64,000 nt of DNA, taken from assembly GCA_046327845.1 (NCBI GenBank), contig JAXLXQ010000018.1, positions 1,085-65,084 of the forward strand, written 5' to 3'. This DNA is from Candidatus Eiseniibacteriota bacterium (GTDB lineage Bacteria; Eisenbacteria; RBG-16-71-46; CAIMUX01). The position numbers and the translations under genes are program-made. Under the pieces are notes generated by a model that worked only from the letters and a program-made list of their open reading frames with translations, made no database searches and was not told the DNA's origin. Within the stretch, counting starts at the first letter, position 1, and each line of letters starts with the position of its first letter. This document shows positions 19,667 to 31,400 of the stretch, piece by piece.

Positions 19667-20356
19667 ATGGTCGCCCTCCTCGTGGTGTGCACGATTCTCA
19701 TGCTTCTGGGTGTCGATCTGGTGGTGCAGGCGGTGGAGCGGAAGCGTCATCCAGTGGCGGCCGCAGCTCGAACCTTGCCGGCATTGACCCGCGGCCTTTG
19801 GCAGCGCGTGGTGCCGCAGGGAATGTTCCTCGATAGCGGTCACGCCACCGCCACGCTCGAATCCTCGGGTCGCGTGCGGGTGAGCGTCGATCAACTGGTG
19901 CTGGCGGCGATCGGCAAGATCGACCGCATCGAGACCTTGGCGCTCGGCGCGAAGGTGAAGCGCGGGCAGCCGATCTTGCGGCTCCACCGCGGCGACGAGG
20001 CGCTTCAAATCAACGCCCCGGCCAGCGGCACCATCCGCGACTGGAACACCTCGGTGATGAAGGATCCGGCGCTCGTCTACCAGCGCCTCTACACGCCCGA
20101 CGGCTGGATGCTCGAACTCGAGACCGAGCGCCTCGAGGAAGAGCTGCCTCTTTGGAAGATCGCGAAGGACACCGGCCGGTGGATGGCCGACGAGATCAAT
20201 CGCCTTCGCCTCTTCGCGGCCGAAGGGATCTTCTCCGGAACGCCCGAGGCGGTGCTCGCCGACGGCGGCAACCCGGTCGAAGGCTTCCTCGCCGAGACCG
20301 ACAAGACCGGGTGGGACCGGTTCAATCAAGAGTTTCTGCGCTCAGCCAGGAGGTGA
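19667..20356 (+). CDS. Membrane-anchored GcvH-fold protein; lipoyl-lysine absent
   Basis: N-terminal TM helix MVALLVVCTILMLLGVDLVV. GcvH-like core: GQPILRLHRGDEALQINAPASGTIRDWN...YTPDGWMLELE. Asp occupies the Lys position. Confidence 0.65.
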   Translation: MVALLVVCTILMLLGVDLVVQAVERKRHPVAAAARTLPALTRGLWQRVVPQGMFLDSGHATATLESSGRVRVSVDQLVLAAIGKIDRIETLALGAKVKRGQPILRLHRGDEALQINAPASGTIRDWNTSVMKDPALVYQRLYTPDGWMLELETERLEEELPLWKIAKDTGRWMADEINRLRLFAAEGIFSGTPEAVLADGGNPVEGFLAETDKTGWDRFNQEFLRSARR

Positions 20357-20362
20357 GCCGCT

Positions 20363-21184
20363 ATGCCGTACGCGATGCTGATCGACGTCACGCGCTGTGT
20401 GGGTTGTGGTCAATGCCGTGACGCCTGCCAAGCGGAGAACAAGCAGCCGACGAGCGACGCCGAGACCTTGAACTTCGAGCGCTTCAGCGTGGTGCAGACG
20501 CGCAGTTTCGACGGCGCTGAAGTCGAAGGGCGCAAGATCGAGGGCGGCGAGCGCTACGTTCGCCGGATGTGCATGCACTGCAAGGAGCCGGCCTGCGCCA
20601 GCGTTTGCCCGGTTGGGGCGCTGCACAAGACGTCGGACGGCCCGGTGCTCTACGACCCCGACAAGTGCATGGGCTGCCGCTATTGCATGGTGGCTTGCCC
20701 CTTCGGGGTCCCGACCTACGAGTGGAGCAGTCGCACGCCGCGCATCCGCAAGTGCTTCTTCTGTACTTCTCGCATCGCCAAGGGTCAGAAGACCGCGTGT
20801 GCCGAGGCCTGTCCGGTCGAAGCGACCAGCTTTGGCACGCGGGAAGAAATGCTGGCCGAAGCGCATCGTCGGATCGAGGAGTCGCCCGACACCTACGTGC
20901 ACACCGTCTACGGCGAGCACGAGGCGGGCGGCACGTCGGTCCTTTATCTCTCCGACATTCCATTCGAGAAGCTCGGGCTGCCGGTCGGGGTCCCGGAGGA
21001 ACCGCTGCCTGGCCTGACCTTCCGTGTGCTCGAGAAGATCCCGTCGGTGAGCACGCTTTGGGGAACGATGCTCGCCGGCACCTGGTGGGTCGTCCATCGT
21101 CGGATGACCTTGGCCGAGAACGCGGCGGACGCACACGGCTCGGCGCGGTCGACTGAACGGGAGGAAGGGAGGACGGGACGATGA
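20363..21184 (+). CDS. 4x[4Fe-4S] ferredoxin-type subunit (HybA/NrfC/DmsB family) with C-terminal TM anchor and no Tat signal
   Basis: CVGCGQCRDAC, CMHCKEPACASVCP, CMGCRYCMVACP and CFFC...CAEACP. Starts directly MPYAMLIDVTRC without an RR leader. C-terminal helix TLWGTMLAGTWWVV. Confidence 0.85.
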   Translation: MPYAMLIDVTRCVGCGQCRDACQAENKQPTSDAETLNFERFSVVQTRSFDGAEVEGRKIEGGERYVRRMCMHCKEPACASVCPVGALHKTSDGPVLYDPDKCMGCRYCMVACPFGVPTYEWSSRTPRIRKCFFCTSRIAKGQKTACAEACPVEATSFGTREEMLAEAHRRIEESPDTYVHTVYGEHEAGGTSVLYLSDIPFEKLGLPVGVPEEPLPGLTFRVLEKIPSVSTLWGTMLAGTWWVVHRRMTLAENAADAHGSARSTEREEGRTGR

Positions 21185-22422
21185 AACCGCGCGTGACCTT
21201 CTGGCGAGTCGTGCTCCTCTTGGTACTGACGGCAGGACTGGTGGCGACCGTCGCCCGCTTCGTGCGGGGCTTAGGCGGATCGACCCACCTGTCCGACGCG
21301 TTCCCTTGGGGCCTCTGGATCGGCTTCGACATCCTGTGCGGAGTGGGCCTCGCGGCCGGCGGCTTCACGCTGACCGCCGCGGTGCACATCTTCAACATCA
21401 AGAAGTTCAAGCCGGTCGTGCGGCCCGCGATCTTGACCGCGTTTCTCGGCTACCTGCTCGTGGTCTTCGCGCTGATCTTCGACTTGGGCAAGCCGTGGAA
21501 TATCTGGCACCCGCTCGTGATGTGGAATCCGCACTCGGTGATGTTCGAGGTCGCCTGGTGCGTGACGCTCTACACCATGGTGCTGGGGCTCGAGTTCAGC
21601 CCGATGCTGTGGGAGAAGCTCGGCTGGACAAAGGTGAAGAAGGTAGTGAGCAGCGTGACGCCGGTGCTCGTGATCTTCGGCGTGATGCTCTCGACCCTCC
21701 ACCAGTCCTCGCTCGGCAGCCTGTTTCTGATCGCGCCGGGCAAGCTCCACCCGCTCTGGTACAGCCCGTGGCTGCCGGTCTTCTTCTTCCTCTCGTCGAT
21801 CGCGGTCGGCTGCGCGATGGTGATCTTCGAGTCGTTCCTCAGTCGCCGCGCCTTTGGGCACTCGGTCGAGTTCCCCCTGCTGGTCGACCTCGGACGCGTG
21901 GCGTTGATCGTGTTGATCCTCTACTCGGAGCTGCGCTTCTTGGACCTCAAGGCGCGCGGCGCGCTCTCCTACGTCAACTTCCGCACGGAGGAGGGGAGCC
22001 TCTTCCTCGCGGAGATCTTCCTGGGCGTGGCGGTGCCGGTGTTCCTGCTCGCGATCCCGAAGATCCGGCAGCGGCAGGGCGGGCTCTTCGCCGCGGCCAC
22101 ATTCATCGTACTTGGATTCGTTCTCAACCGACTGAACGTGGGCCTCACCGGTCTTCAAGCGTCGTCGGGTGTCCGATATATACCTTCGTGGATGGAGATC
22201 GCGGTGACCACGTCGCTGGTCGGCGCAGGATTCGCGATCTTCGCGCTTGCCGTTCGGCACTTGCCGGTGTTTGCTGAAGAAGTCCACAGCGCCCGTCCTC
22301 CCCGGCCAATGAAGGCGGACGCTTCATCCGGAGTCGTGCCATGCGATCGCGCGCGCTGGGTTTGGCCGGGAAGCTCGCCGGAGGCCTCAGCCTCGGCCTC
22401 CTTCTCTCGTTCGGCGGACTAG
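21181..22422 (+). CDS. Integral membrane quinone-interacting subunit (NrfD/HybB/PsrC family)
   Basis: ATGA overlap with the preceding gene. FPWGLWIGFDILCGVGLAAGG and about 10 predicted TM helices, typical of HybB/NrfD. Confidence 0.8.
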   Translation: MKPRVTFWRVVLLLVLTAGLVATVARFVRGLGGSTHLSDAFPWGLWIGFDILCGVGLAAGGFTLTAAVHIFNIKKFKPVVRPAILTAFLGYLLVVFALIFDLGKPWNIWHPLVMWNPHSVMFEVAWCVTLYTMVLGLEFSPMLWEKLGWTKVKKVVSSVTPVLVIFGVMLSTLHQSSLGSLFLIAPGKLHPLWYSPWLPVFFFLSSIAVGCAMVIFESFLSRRAFGHSVEFPLLVDLGRVALIVLILYSELRFLDLKARGALSYVNFRTEEGSLFLAEIFLGVAVPVFLLAIPKIRQRQGGLFAAATFIVLGFVLNRLNVGLTGLQASSGVRYIPSWMEIAVTTSLVGAGFAIFALAVRHLPVFAEEVHSARPPRPMKADASSGVVPCDRARWVWPGSSPEASASASFSRSAD

Positions 22423-24013
22423 GCTTAGTCCACCTTCGCATTCAACGATCGCACCTCGAAGCAAGCATCCTTCAAAACGCGGCGCGGATCAGCGACATCA
22501 TTCGCCGATCCGCGCACGACTTGATGCTGCGGAACGATGTTGAAGGCTTATACAGGATGATTCGGACGATCGGGACCGAACCCGGTCTGTCCAAGATCCG
22601 AGTCTTCAATGCCGCCGGCCGGGTCTCCTACTCGACCGACTCGCTCGAAGTCGGCGTGGTGGTCGATCGGAAGGCTGAGGCCTGCATCGGTTGCCACGAG
22701 AACGACGGGCCGAGCAGCACGCTGCCGGAGACGGCACGCTCGCGATACCTTCGCGCGGCGGACGGCAGCCGAGTTCTCGCCCTCACCCAACCGATCCGAA
22801 ACGAGCCGGCCTGCTCCGAGGCTGACTGCCACGCCCACCCGCGCGAACGCCAGATCCTGGGCGTGCTCGACACCCAGCTTTCCCTCGCCGACCTCGATCG
22901 CCAGGCCCGCGCCATGACCCGCGCGCTCGCGGTGTGGCTGTCGATCTCGCTTGCGCTGGTCATCGTGCTGTCGATCGCGTTCCTCGAGGGGTTGGTGCTC
23001 CGGCCAATCGGCAAGCTGCGCGCCATGACCAACCGCATCGCCCGCGGAGATCTCGATCACGAAATCAAGGTCGAAACGCAGGATGAGCTGGGCGAGCTGG
23101 CCGGCGCGTTCAATCGCATGACCGGCGAACTCAAGGAGGCGCGTCACGAGTTGACCGAGTGGGGTCGTCGACTGGAGCTGCGCGTCGAGGAAAAGACGAA
23201 GGAGCTGGAGCGCGCGCACGAGCACGTCATTCGAGTCGAACGGATGGCGTCGATCGGCAAGCTGGCGGCGATCGTCGCGCACGAGATCAACAATCCGCTC
23301 GCGGGCATTCGGACCTACGCGCTCCTGCTGCAGCGTCGCGCCCAGCGAGAGGCCGCCGCGCGCGCTGCCGAGGAGACTGCAGGCGCCGGCGCCACCGCCG
23401 CGCCCGCAAACGGCGGCGATGCTCCCGACATCCTCGGCACCATCGCGAGCGAGGCCGGGCGTCTCGGCGACATCGTCCGGAATCTCCTGCAGTTCTCTCG
23501 GCCCTCGCCGCTCAAGGTGGCGCCGCAGACCGCCGCCGAGATCGCGCAACGCGCCGTGCGCTTGGTCCAGCACCAGATTGACCTGCAGAACGTGGAGCTG
23601 GTCCTGGATGTCGATCCCACCGTCGGCGAAATCCAGTGCGACGGCGCGCAGATCCAACAGGCCTTGATCGCGCTCCTCATGAATGCGCTGGAGGCGATGC
23701 GAGAAGGCGGTCGACTCGAACTCACCGTCCGATCGGCCGGCGACCAGGTCGAGATCCGAGTCGGCGACAACGGCATCGGCATGGATCCGGGCACGCTGGC
23801 CCACGTCTACGAACCGTTCTTCACCACCAAGGAGTCAACCTCGGCCAATGGACTCGGATTGGCCGTGGTCTACGGCATCGTCACGCGCCATCACGGAACG
23901 ATCGCGATCGATTCGGCGCCGATGCGAGGCACCACCGTCACCATGCTGCTGCCTCGCAGCGTGCAAGAGGCGAAGGACGCGCCGAGCGCGAGCCCTGAGA
24001 AGGAGGAACCGAA

Positions 24014-24038
<25 letters not shown>
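22341..24038 (+). CDS. Sensor histidine kinase with periplasmic c-type heme sensor domain, HAMP, HisKA and HATPase
   Basis: Between TM1 and TM2: CIGCH (CxxCH) and CSEADCH (Cx4CH). HAMP: DELGELAGAFNRM. H-box: AHEINNPLAGI. G-boxes: DNGIGM and GLGLAVVYG. The 5' end overlaps the previous ORF by 82 nt, so the start is uncertain. Confidence 0.8.
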
Positions 24039-25500
<1,462 letters not shown>

Positions 25501-25507
25501 GGGCGCC

Positions 25508-26068
25508 GTGCCCGGACGTATTTGGATCGCGCCCTTCTCTGGGGTCGACGCTGCCTGGCTCGACTACCTACGCGTCGCGCTCGAGGAGGAGCTCGGCGTC
25601 GTGCCGCGGATGCTGCCCGAACTGGATGCGTCGAGTGCCTATGATCTGGGACGCGGGCAGACCAACGCCGGCGTCCTCCTGCGCTTGCTCTTGGAGAATC
25701 TGCCGCCGGTCGACGGCGAATCGTGGCGGCGCGTGATCGGCATCGCGAGCGAGGATCTCTTTGCGCCGGTCTTGAGCTTCGTCTTCGGACAGGCGCAGCT
25801 CGGCGGCGAGGCCGCGATCGTCAGCGCGCACCGACTCGACGAGGCTCGCTACGGACTGCCGCCCGATCCGGAGCTGCTACTCGTGCGACTGGAGAAGGAG
25901 GTGTGGCACGAGCTGGGGCACACCTTCGGGCTCCGGCACTGCCACCGAAATGGGTGCGTGATGCGCTTCTCGAGCGAGGTCGAGGAGGTGGATCAGAAGC
26001 AGGCGCGGTATTGCGAGGAGTGTGCGGCCGCGATTCGGCGGTTTGGGGTGGAGTTGGTGAACGTGTAG
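25508..26068 (+). CDS. amzA: Archaemetzincin-family zinc peptidase (M54)
   Basis: HELGHTFGLRHC followed by CVM and CEEC zinc-ribbon cysteines. Size about 186 aa. GTG start. Confidence 0.85.
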   Translation: MPGRIWIAPFSGVDAAWLDYLRVALEEELGVVPRMLPELDASSAYDLGRGQTNAGVLLRLLLENLPPVDGESWRRVIGIASEDLFAPVLSFVFGQAQLGGEAAIVSAHRLDEARYGLPPDPELLLVRLEKEVWHELGHTFGLRHCHRNGCVMRFSSEVEEVDQKQARYCEECAAAIRRFGVELVNV

Positions 26069-26084
26069 GTCGCCGGCCGATTCG

Positions 26085-27515
26085 TCACCGACGCCGCGTC
26101 ATCACCAGGAGAAAGCCAAAGTCTCGATCGACCGCGAACTCACTCCGGATGCGCTGCCTCACTGAAGCGGGCAAGAGTCGAAAGTGGTCATCGACAATCA
26201 CCGCACGAACGCGAGGGTCATCTAGCACCCCGAGTAGTTCGCTCTCGAGTTTCCCTGGTGGCAGGAGTCGGATCACATCGGAGTTGAGGAAGAAGTAGCG
26301 ATAAGCCGGCAGGCGCGTGAGGTACAGGCCGGACCAGAGGTCGAGCACGCGGTCCTCGGGGCGCGTCGCGCGGAGCACCGTGCGCAGCACCTCGACTTCG
26401 ACTCCCTGGCGCTGCACCGGAAGCAGCGCGACGCAGGGCGGCACGAGCAGCGCCAGGGGGAGCGCGACCCGGAAGGCGACGCCGCGGAACGACGCCCCGA
26501 TCGCAAGCACGACGCGGTGGCTGGCCCATGCAGCGGTGATGGCGAGCGCCGGCAGCACGAAGAGGAAGTATTGCCGCAGCGGCGCGTTCATCAGGAAGAA
26601 GCCGGCCAGCGCCGCGAGCAAGCTGCACGGGATCATCGTTCGCGGCGGACACTCGGGGAGCACTTCGCGTGAGCGCAGCAGTTGCCCGACGCCGATCGCG
26701 CCCAGCACCCAGGTCACAGGGTTGGCCTTCAGGATCGCCCCGCCCAAGAGCCCCCACCGCGTGCCCCACGGATCGTCGATCGTCATGTGGGCCGACGTTC
26801 CGATGCAGTCGTGCCAGAAGCCGCGAAGCGCCCCGGTCGAGGCGAGGACCGCGAGGATCATGGACGAGACGATGGCCCCGCCCAGGAGAGTCCACACGAT
26901 CGGCGCGGCCGCAGCGAAGCTCTTGGAGTCGCGCGCTCGATCGGAGAGAAGTCTGCCGAAGAGCGCACCGACAGCGGCGAAGAGCGCCTTGGGCGTGAAG
27001 AAGAGTGCGAGTCCGAAGGCAACGCCGGCTGCGCTCCACGCCACGCGCCCGCGTCGCGCAAGCAACCAGATCCCGAGCAGCAGGAAGAAGGCTCCGGGCA
27101 CGTCGGGCCGCACCTCCACTCCCTTCTCGAAGAAGTAGGCGGAGGTGAGGAGGAGGAGAGGCGCCAACAGCGCGCCGGTCACTCCGGCCAATCGCCTGGT
27201 CACGAGCGCGGTGATGAGGAGGATGCCCAGGCACGGCGCGAGCATCGCCCAGCGCGCCGCGCGGATGAGCGGCTCGGCGCCGAGCCCGCTTCGCGCGAGC
27301 GGCTGGAGCGACCAGTAGAGGAGCGGCGGGTGATTCTCGAAGAGCGAACCGTAGAGCGACTCGCCGTGCGCGACGGCGTAGGCCGCATTCAGGTGCTCCA
27401 ACTCATCGACATCGAGGAAGCGAGTCGGCGTGACCGAGATCCGAAAGGCGAGCGCGACCAGCAGAAAGGCTCCAAGAACCCACAACCAAGCGCGCTCGAG
27501 GCGGGTCACGTTCAT
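26085..27515 (-). CDS. GT-C fold glycosyltransferase (ArnT/PMT-like, polyprenyl-phosphate-sugar dependent), ~476 aa, polytopic
   Basis: Trimmed to MNVTRLERAWLWVLGAFLLV, which gives an ATGA overlap with the GT2 stop. DVDELEH acidic motif in the first periplasmic loop. About 11 TM helices followed by a soluble C-terminal domain. Confidence 0.7.
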   Translation of the reverse strand: MNVTRLERAWLWVLGAFLLVALAFRISVTPTRFLDVDELEHLNAAYAVAHGESLYGSLFENHPPLLYWSLQPLARSGLGAEPLIRAARWAMLAPCLGILLITALVTRRLAGVTGALLAPLLLLTSAYFFEKGVEVRPDVPGAFFLLLGIWLLARRGRVAWSAAGVAFGLALFFTPKALFAAVGALFGRLLSDRARDSKSFAAAAPIVWTLLGGAIVSSMILAVLASTGALRGFWHDCIGTSAHMTIDDPWGTRWGLLGGAILKANPVTWVLGAIGVGQLLRSREVLPECPPRTMIPCSLLAALAGFFLMNAPLRQYFLFVLPALAITAAWASHRVVLAIGASFRGVAFRVALPLALLVPPCVALLPVQRQGVEVEVLRTVLRATRPEDRVLDLWSGLYLTRLPAYRYFFLNSDVIRLLPPGKLESELLGVLDDPRVRAVIVDDHFRLLPASVRQRIRSEFAVDRDFGFLLVMTRRR

Positions 27516-28315
27516 CCTTGCGGCATATCCGACCGCCGCGCCGGGTCGCGCTCCACCACCTCGAGCCTTCGTCCGTCGGCGCGCAGAAAACGTGGCGTGT
27601 AGATGCCGAGGCGATCGAGGAAACCGCCCCACGATGCGCCGAGCACGCCCAATCCATAGCGCACGCTCCGCGCGAAGTTGATGCTCGAGGCTTCCGGGAA
27701 GTAGCGCGTCGGACAGGTGATCTCGCCGATGGTGTAGCCGCGGCGAATGATCTGCACCAGCATCTGGTTGTCGAAGACGAAGTCATCGGAGTTCTCGAGC
27801 AGCGGCAGGCTCTCGAGCACGCGCCGATGAAAGGCGCGAAAGCCGGTGTGGTACTCCGACAGCTTGTACTTCACGAGGAGGTTCTCGATCAGGGTGAGCG
27901 CGCGGTTCGAAACGTACTTGTACAACGGCATGCCGCCGGACAGCGCGCCCACGCCCAGGATCCTCGAACCGAGCACGACGTCGAACTGCCCTGTCGCGAT
28001 GAGCGACGCCATCGCGGTGACCAATCGCGGTGAGTATTGATAGTCCGGGTGGACCATCACCACGATCTCTTCGCCGCCGCGGAGCGCCTCGGCGTAGCAG
28101 GTCTTCTGGTTGCCGCCATAGCCGCGATTCACGGGGTGCAGAAAGGTGTCGATTCCCAACCGCCGCGCCACCTCGACGGTGGCATCGGCGCTCTGATCGT
28201 CGACCAGGATGACGCGATCGACGACGTCGTGCGGCAGCTCGCGATAGGTCTGCTCGAGCGTCTTCGCCGCGTTGTACGCCGGCATGACGACGCATACTCG
28301 GCAACCGTCGATCAC
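27512..28315 (-). CDS. GT2 family glycosyltransferase (polyprenyl-phosphate sugar synthase, DPM1/ArnC/GtrB-like)
   Basis: VVMPAYNAAKTL, ILVDDQSAD, NRGYGGNQK, HPDYQY. GTG start at 28315 chosen because GGGGGA lies 3 nt upstream and a 12-bp hairpin occupies 28401-28429. The track ORF extends to 28432. Confidence 0.8.
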   Translation of the reverse strand: MIDGCRVCVVMPAYNAAKTLEQTYRELPHDVVDRVILVDDQSADATVEVARRLGIDTFLHPVNRGYGGNQKTCYAEALRGGEEIVVMVHPDYQYSPRLVTAMASLIATGQFDVVLGSRILGVGALSGGMPLYKYVSNRALTLIENLLVKYKLSEYHTGFRAFHRRVLESLPLLENSDDFVFDNQMLVQIIRRGYTIGEITCPTRYFPEASSINFARSVRYGLGVLGASWGGFLDRLGIYTPRFLRADGRRLEVVERDPARRSDMPQG

Positions 28316-28400
28316 ACTTCCCCCTTGCGTAGGCGCCCGCGGTCGCCGCCCGCTCCTCCGCGGTGGCCCCGGTCGCGCGGAGGACATCGTAACAGGCGAA

Positions 28401-28429
28401 GCCCCGCCCGGGGTCATCCCGGGCGGGGC
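28401..28429 (-). terminator. Strong GC hairpin (12-bp stem, 5-nt loop) between the 42-heme cytochrome gene and the glycosyltransferase genes
   Basis: GCCCCGCCCGGG-GTCAT-CCCGGGCGGGGC. Starts about 40 nt after the cytochrome stop. No clear U-tract, so it may be a terminator, an attenuator or an mRNA-stabilising end. Confidence 0.45.
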
Positions 28430-28469
28430 CACTCTTCGGGCGCCCGCGTGCCTCCGACCTAGCGTGCCG

Positions 28470-31400
28470 CTAGTGGGCCGCCGTGTGGCACTGGATGCAC
28501 AGATCGCGACGTCGATCGGCTTGCAGCTGGAAGTCGAACTGCGAGGCGTGCGGGTTGTGGCACGACAGGCAGGTCAACGGGCCGTCGTTCCGAGGATCCT
28601 TGTACTGCGCGCCCAGGGGGTGCGTGTGCTTGGTTCCGTCGGCGTGGCAGGTCTGGCACAGCTCGTCGACGTTCGCCTTCAAGAGCTTCCCTTGATCGGC
28701 GCCGTGCGGCTGATGGCAGGAGCTACAGTCCGGCGTCTTGTTCAGGTGGCTCGACTTCCCCTGGAACATCGCCGGGTCATGGCAATTGCCGCAGACCGCG
28801 AGCTGTGAGCTGCTCTTCATCAGCGCCTTGCCGCTGCCGGCGTGCGGCGAGTGGCAGTTGAGGCACGCCTCGTCCTCGGTCATGGCCGGGTGCGTCACCG
28901 ACTTCGCCATCTCCTCCTTGATCTTGGGATGGCAGGTGGTGCACGCCTCCGGCCCCGTCGCCTTTCGCCCGCCGTTCGGGGTGTGGCAGGCCGCGCAGTT
29001 CCCCTGCGCGAAGGGCGGGTGAGTCGAGGCCTGCATGAGGTTGAGCTGCTTCGACGCGTGCGGGTCATGGCAGCTCAGACACGCGTCGGCCTCAAGCGCG
29101 TAGTTCTTGTGCTTCGCCTTGAGCGCGGGCGTGATCTGATGGCACGACTGGCAAAGCTCGCCCATCGGCTTCAAGAGTAGCGACTGCTCGCCGGAGCCGT
29201 GCGGGTTGTGGCAAGCCTGGCACTTGTCCTTCGCCACCGGGTCGTGCAGCTTCGCGCCCTCGAACGAGGCGACCAGATCCTTGTGACACTCACCGCAGAG
29301 CGCCTTCCCCTCCGCCTTCAGCAGCTTGGGATGGGTCGAGCGATGCGGATCGTGGCAGTCGCCGCACTTCCCTTCGGCCACCGGCGGATGGTGGACGCTC
29401 GCCCCCTCGGCGATGTCGGAGTGGCACTCCTTGCACAGATCCGGCTGCGCCTTCTGCAGCAGCTTGTCACGCTCGGAGGCGTGCGGGTTGTGGCAGATCA
29501 CGCACTCGCCGTCGGCAACCGGCGGATGCACCGACTCGCCGGCCGCGGCCGGCGCGGTGATGTCGGGATGGCAGGTGGCGCACTTCTCCGTCATCGAGCC
29601 GGTGAGCGGGCCCGGAGTGCCTTCGCCGTGACAGACCGCGCACTCGCCCGAATCGAATGGCGGGTGCCGCTTGGATGCGAGCAAGCCCTTCGACTCGGAC
29701 CCGTGCGGCTGATGGCAGCCGACGCAGTTGAGCTTCGCCAGCTCGGCTCCCTTGTGCTTCGCCTGGAGCGCAGGGTCGCTGGTGTCGTGACACTGCGCGC
29801 AGAGTTCGGTGGCAGCCGCGATCAGCATGCCGGGCGAGTCGCTGCCGTGGGCAACGTGGCAGGCAGTGCAGGCGCCGTCCCGTGCCGGCGGGTGCGCGGT
29901 GGGCAGGTTGATCGCCTTGGCGATGTCGGCGTGGCAGCTCAAGCAGGTCGCGCGCTCCGACGCGATCAGGAGGTGCGGCTCCTTGGATCCATGTCCACGG
30001 TGGCAGGAGTCGCAGCGCCCTTCCTTTACCGGCTCGTGCGGATTGGTCTTGGCCGCCGCCTGCTCCAGCACGTCGCCGTGGCACTCGCCGCACACTTCCT
30101 TCGCCTCGGCGCGCAGCCCGTTTTCCTTCTTACCAGAGTGCGGCGCGTGGCAGATCAGGCAGTCCTGATCGACGAAGCCTTGGTGCACGACCGGCAGGTT
30201 GCCCTGCGCGACCACGCCAGAGTGGCAACCCTTGCACAGGTCGGGGCTCTGCGCCTTCAGGAGGTGCGCCTGATCTCCGCCGTGCACCGTGTGGCAGGAG
30301 CCGCAATCGCCGCCGGCGAAGGGCGGGTGCGCGTACTCGTCGCCGCGAGCCGGTTCGGCATTCTCGTGACACTGCCCGCAGAGCTTTGCCTCGGGCGCGG
30401 CCAGCAGGTGGGGTTCATTGGAGAGGTGCGGGGCGTGGCAGTCGGTGCAGGCCATCGACTCGAGCGCGGGGTGCTTGACCGTGGCGTTGGTCGCGAGTGA
30501 GTCGATGTCGGCGTGGCACTGCTTGCAGGTTTCGCCGTTCTCCGCGCGAAGGAGACCACCGTGATCCGAGCCGTGGGGGTCGTGGCACTTCCCGCATTGA
30601 TCATCGTTGAACGGCGCGTGCACGGAGGCCACCGGGCTGGTCGGAATGAGCCCGTCGTGGCATTCGTTGCAAAGCTCCTTCACTTCCTTCTTGAGCACCG
30701 CCTCGGTCGTGCCCTTGTGCGGGTCGTGACAGGTGAGGCACTCCCCTTCGGCAGCAGGGGGATGCGGATGGGCGCGATCGCCGAGCTTCTCCAACTCGCC
30801 GTGACAGGTGGTGCAGAGTTCCGGCACCTGCGCCACGAGCGCTCCGCCGGTCGGGGTGGTGTGACAGGCCTCGCAGTTGCCCGTCCTGTACGGTTCGTGA
30901 CCGCCGGTCACGAGAAGCTGCTTCTCCCTGCTGCCGTGCGGCTCGTGGCAGGCGCCGCAGGGCGCTTGCTTCCACCCGTCGCCCGGGTGTTTGGCGGCGA
31001 GGGCGTCGCGTGACTTGCCGTGGCAGCTCAGGCAGAGCGCTTCCTCGTCCTGGTTGAGCAGCTTGGCCGTGGTGTTGCCGTGCACGGTGTGGCATGTGCC
31101 GCACTTCTCGCTCGAGGCCGGCGGATGCCCGCCCGCCGCGATCTTCTCTTTCACGTCCTCATGACAGGCAAGGCAGGAGAGATCGGCGTCGTAGCGACGG
31201 AGCAAGCCGTCGTCGGTCGAATTGTGAGGCGAGTGACAGACGAGGCAGTCGCCCCGCTCGGGCACGGGGTGGCCGGACTTCATCGCGCCGGTCGCGCTCT
31301 GCTCCGCGTGACAGCCGATGCAGAGGTCGGGCGGATTGGCCAGGAGAACGAGCTTTTGATCGAAGCCGTGACGCTTGTGACAGGCCTCGCACTTTCCGTC

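Noticed and set aside
29199-30500. Plus-strand ORFs across the cytochrome genes (29199..30500, 34883..36280, 36289..37191 and others)
   Set aside because: The minus strand encodes dense CxxCH arrays with signal peptides. The plus frames are shadows.
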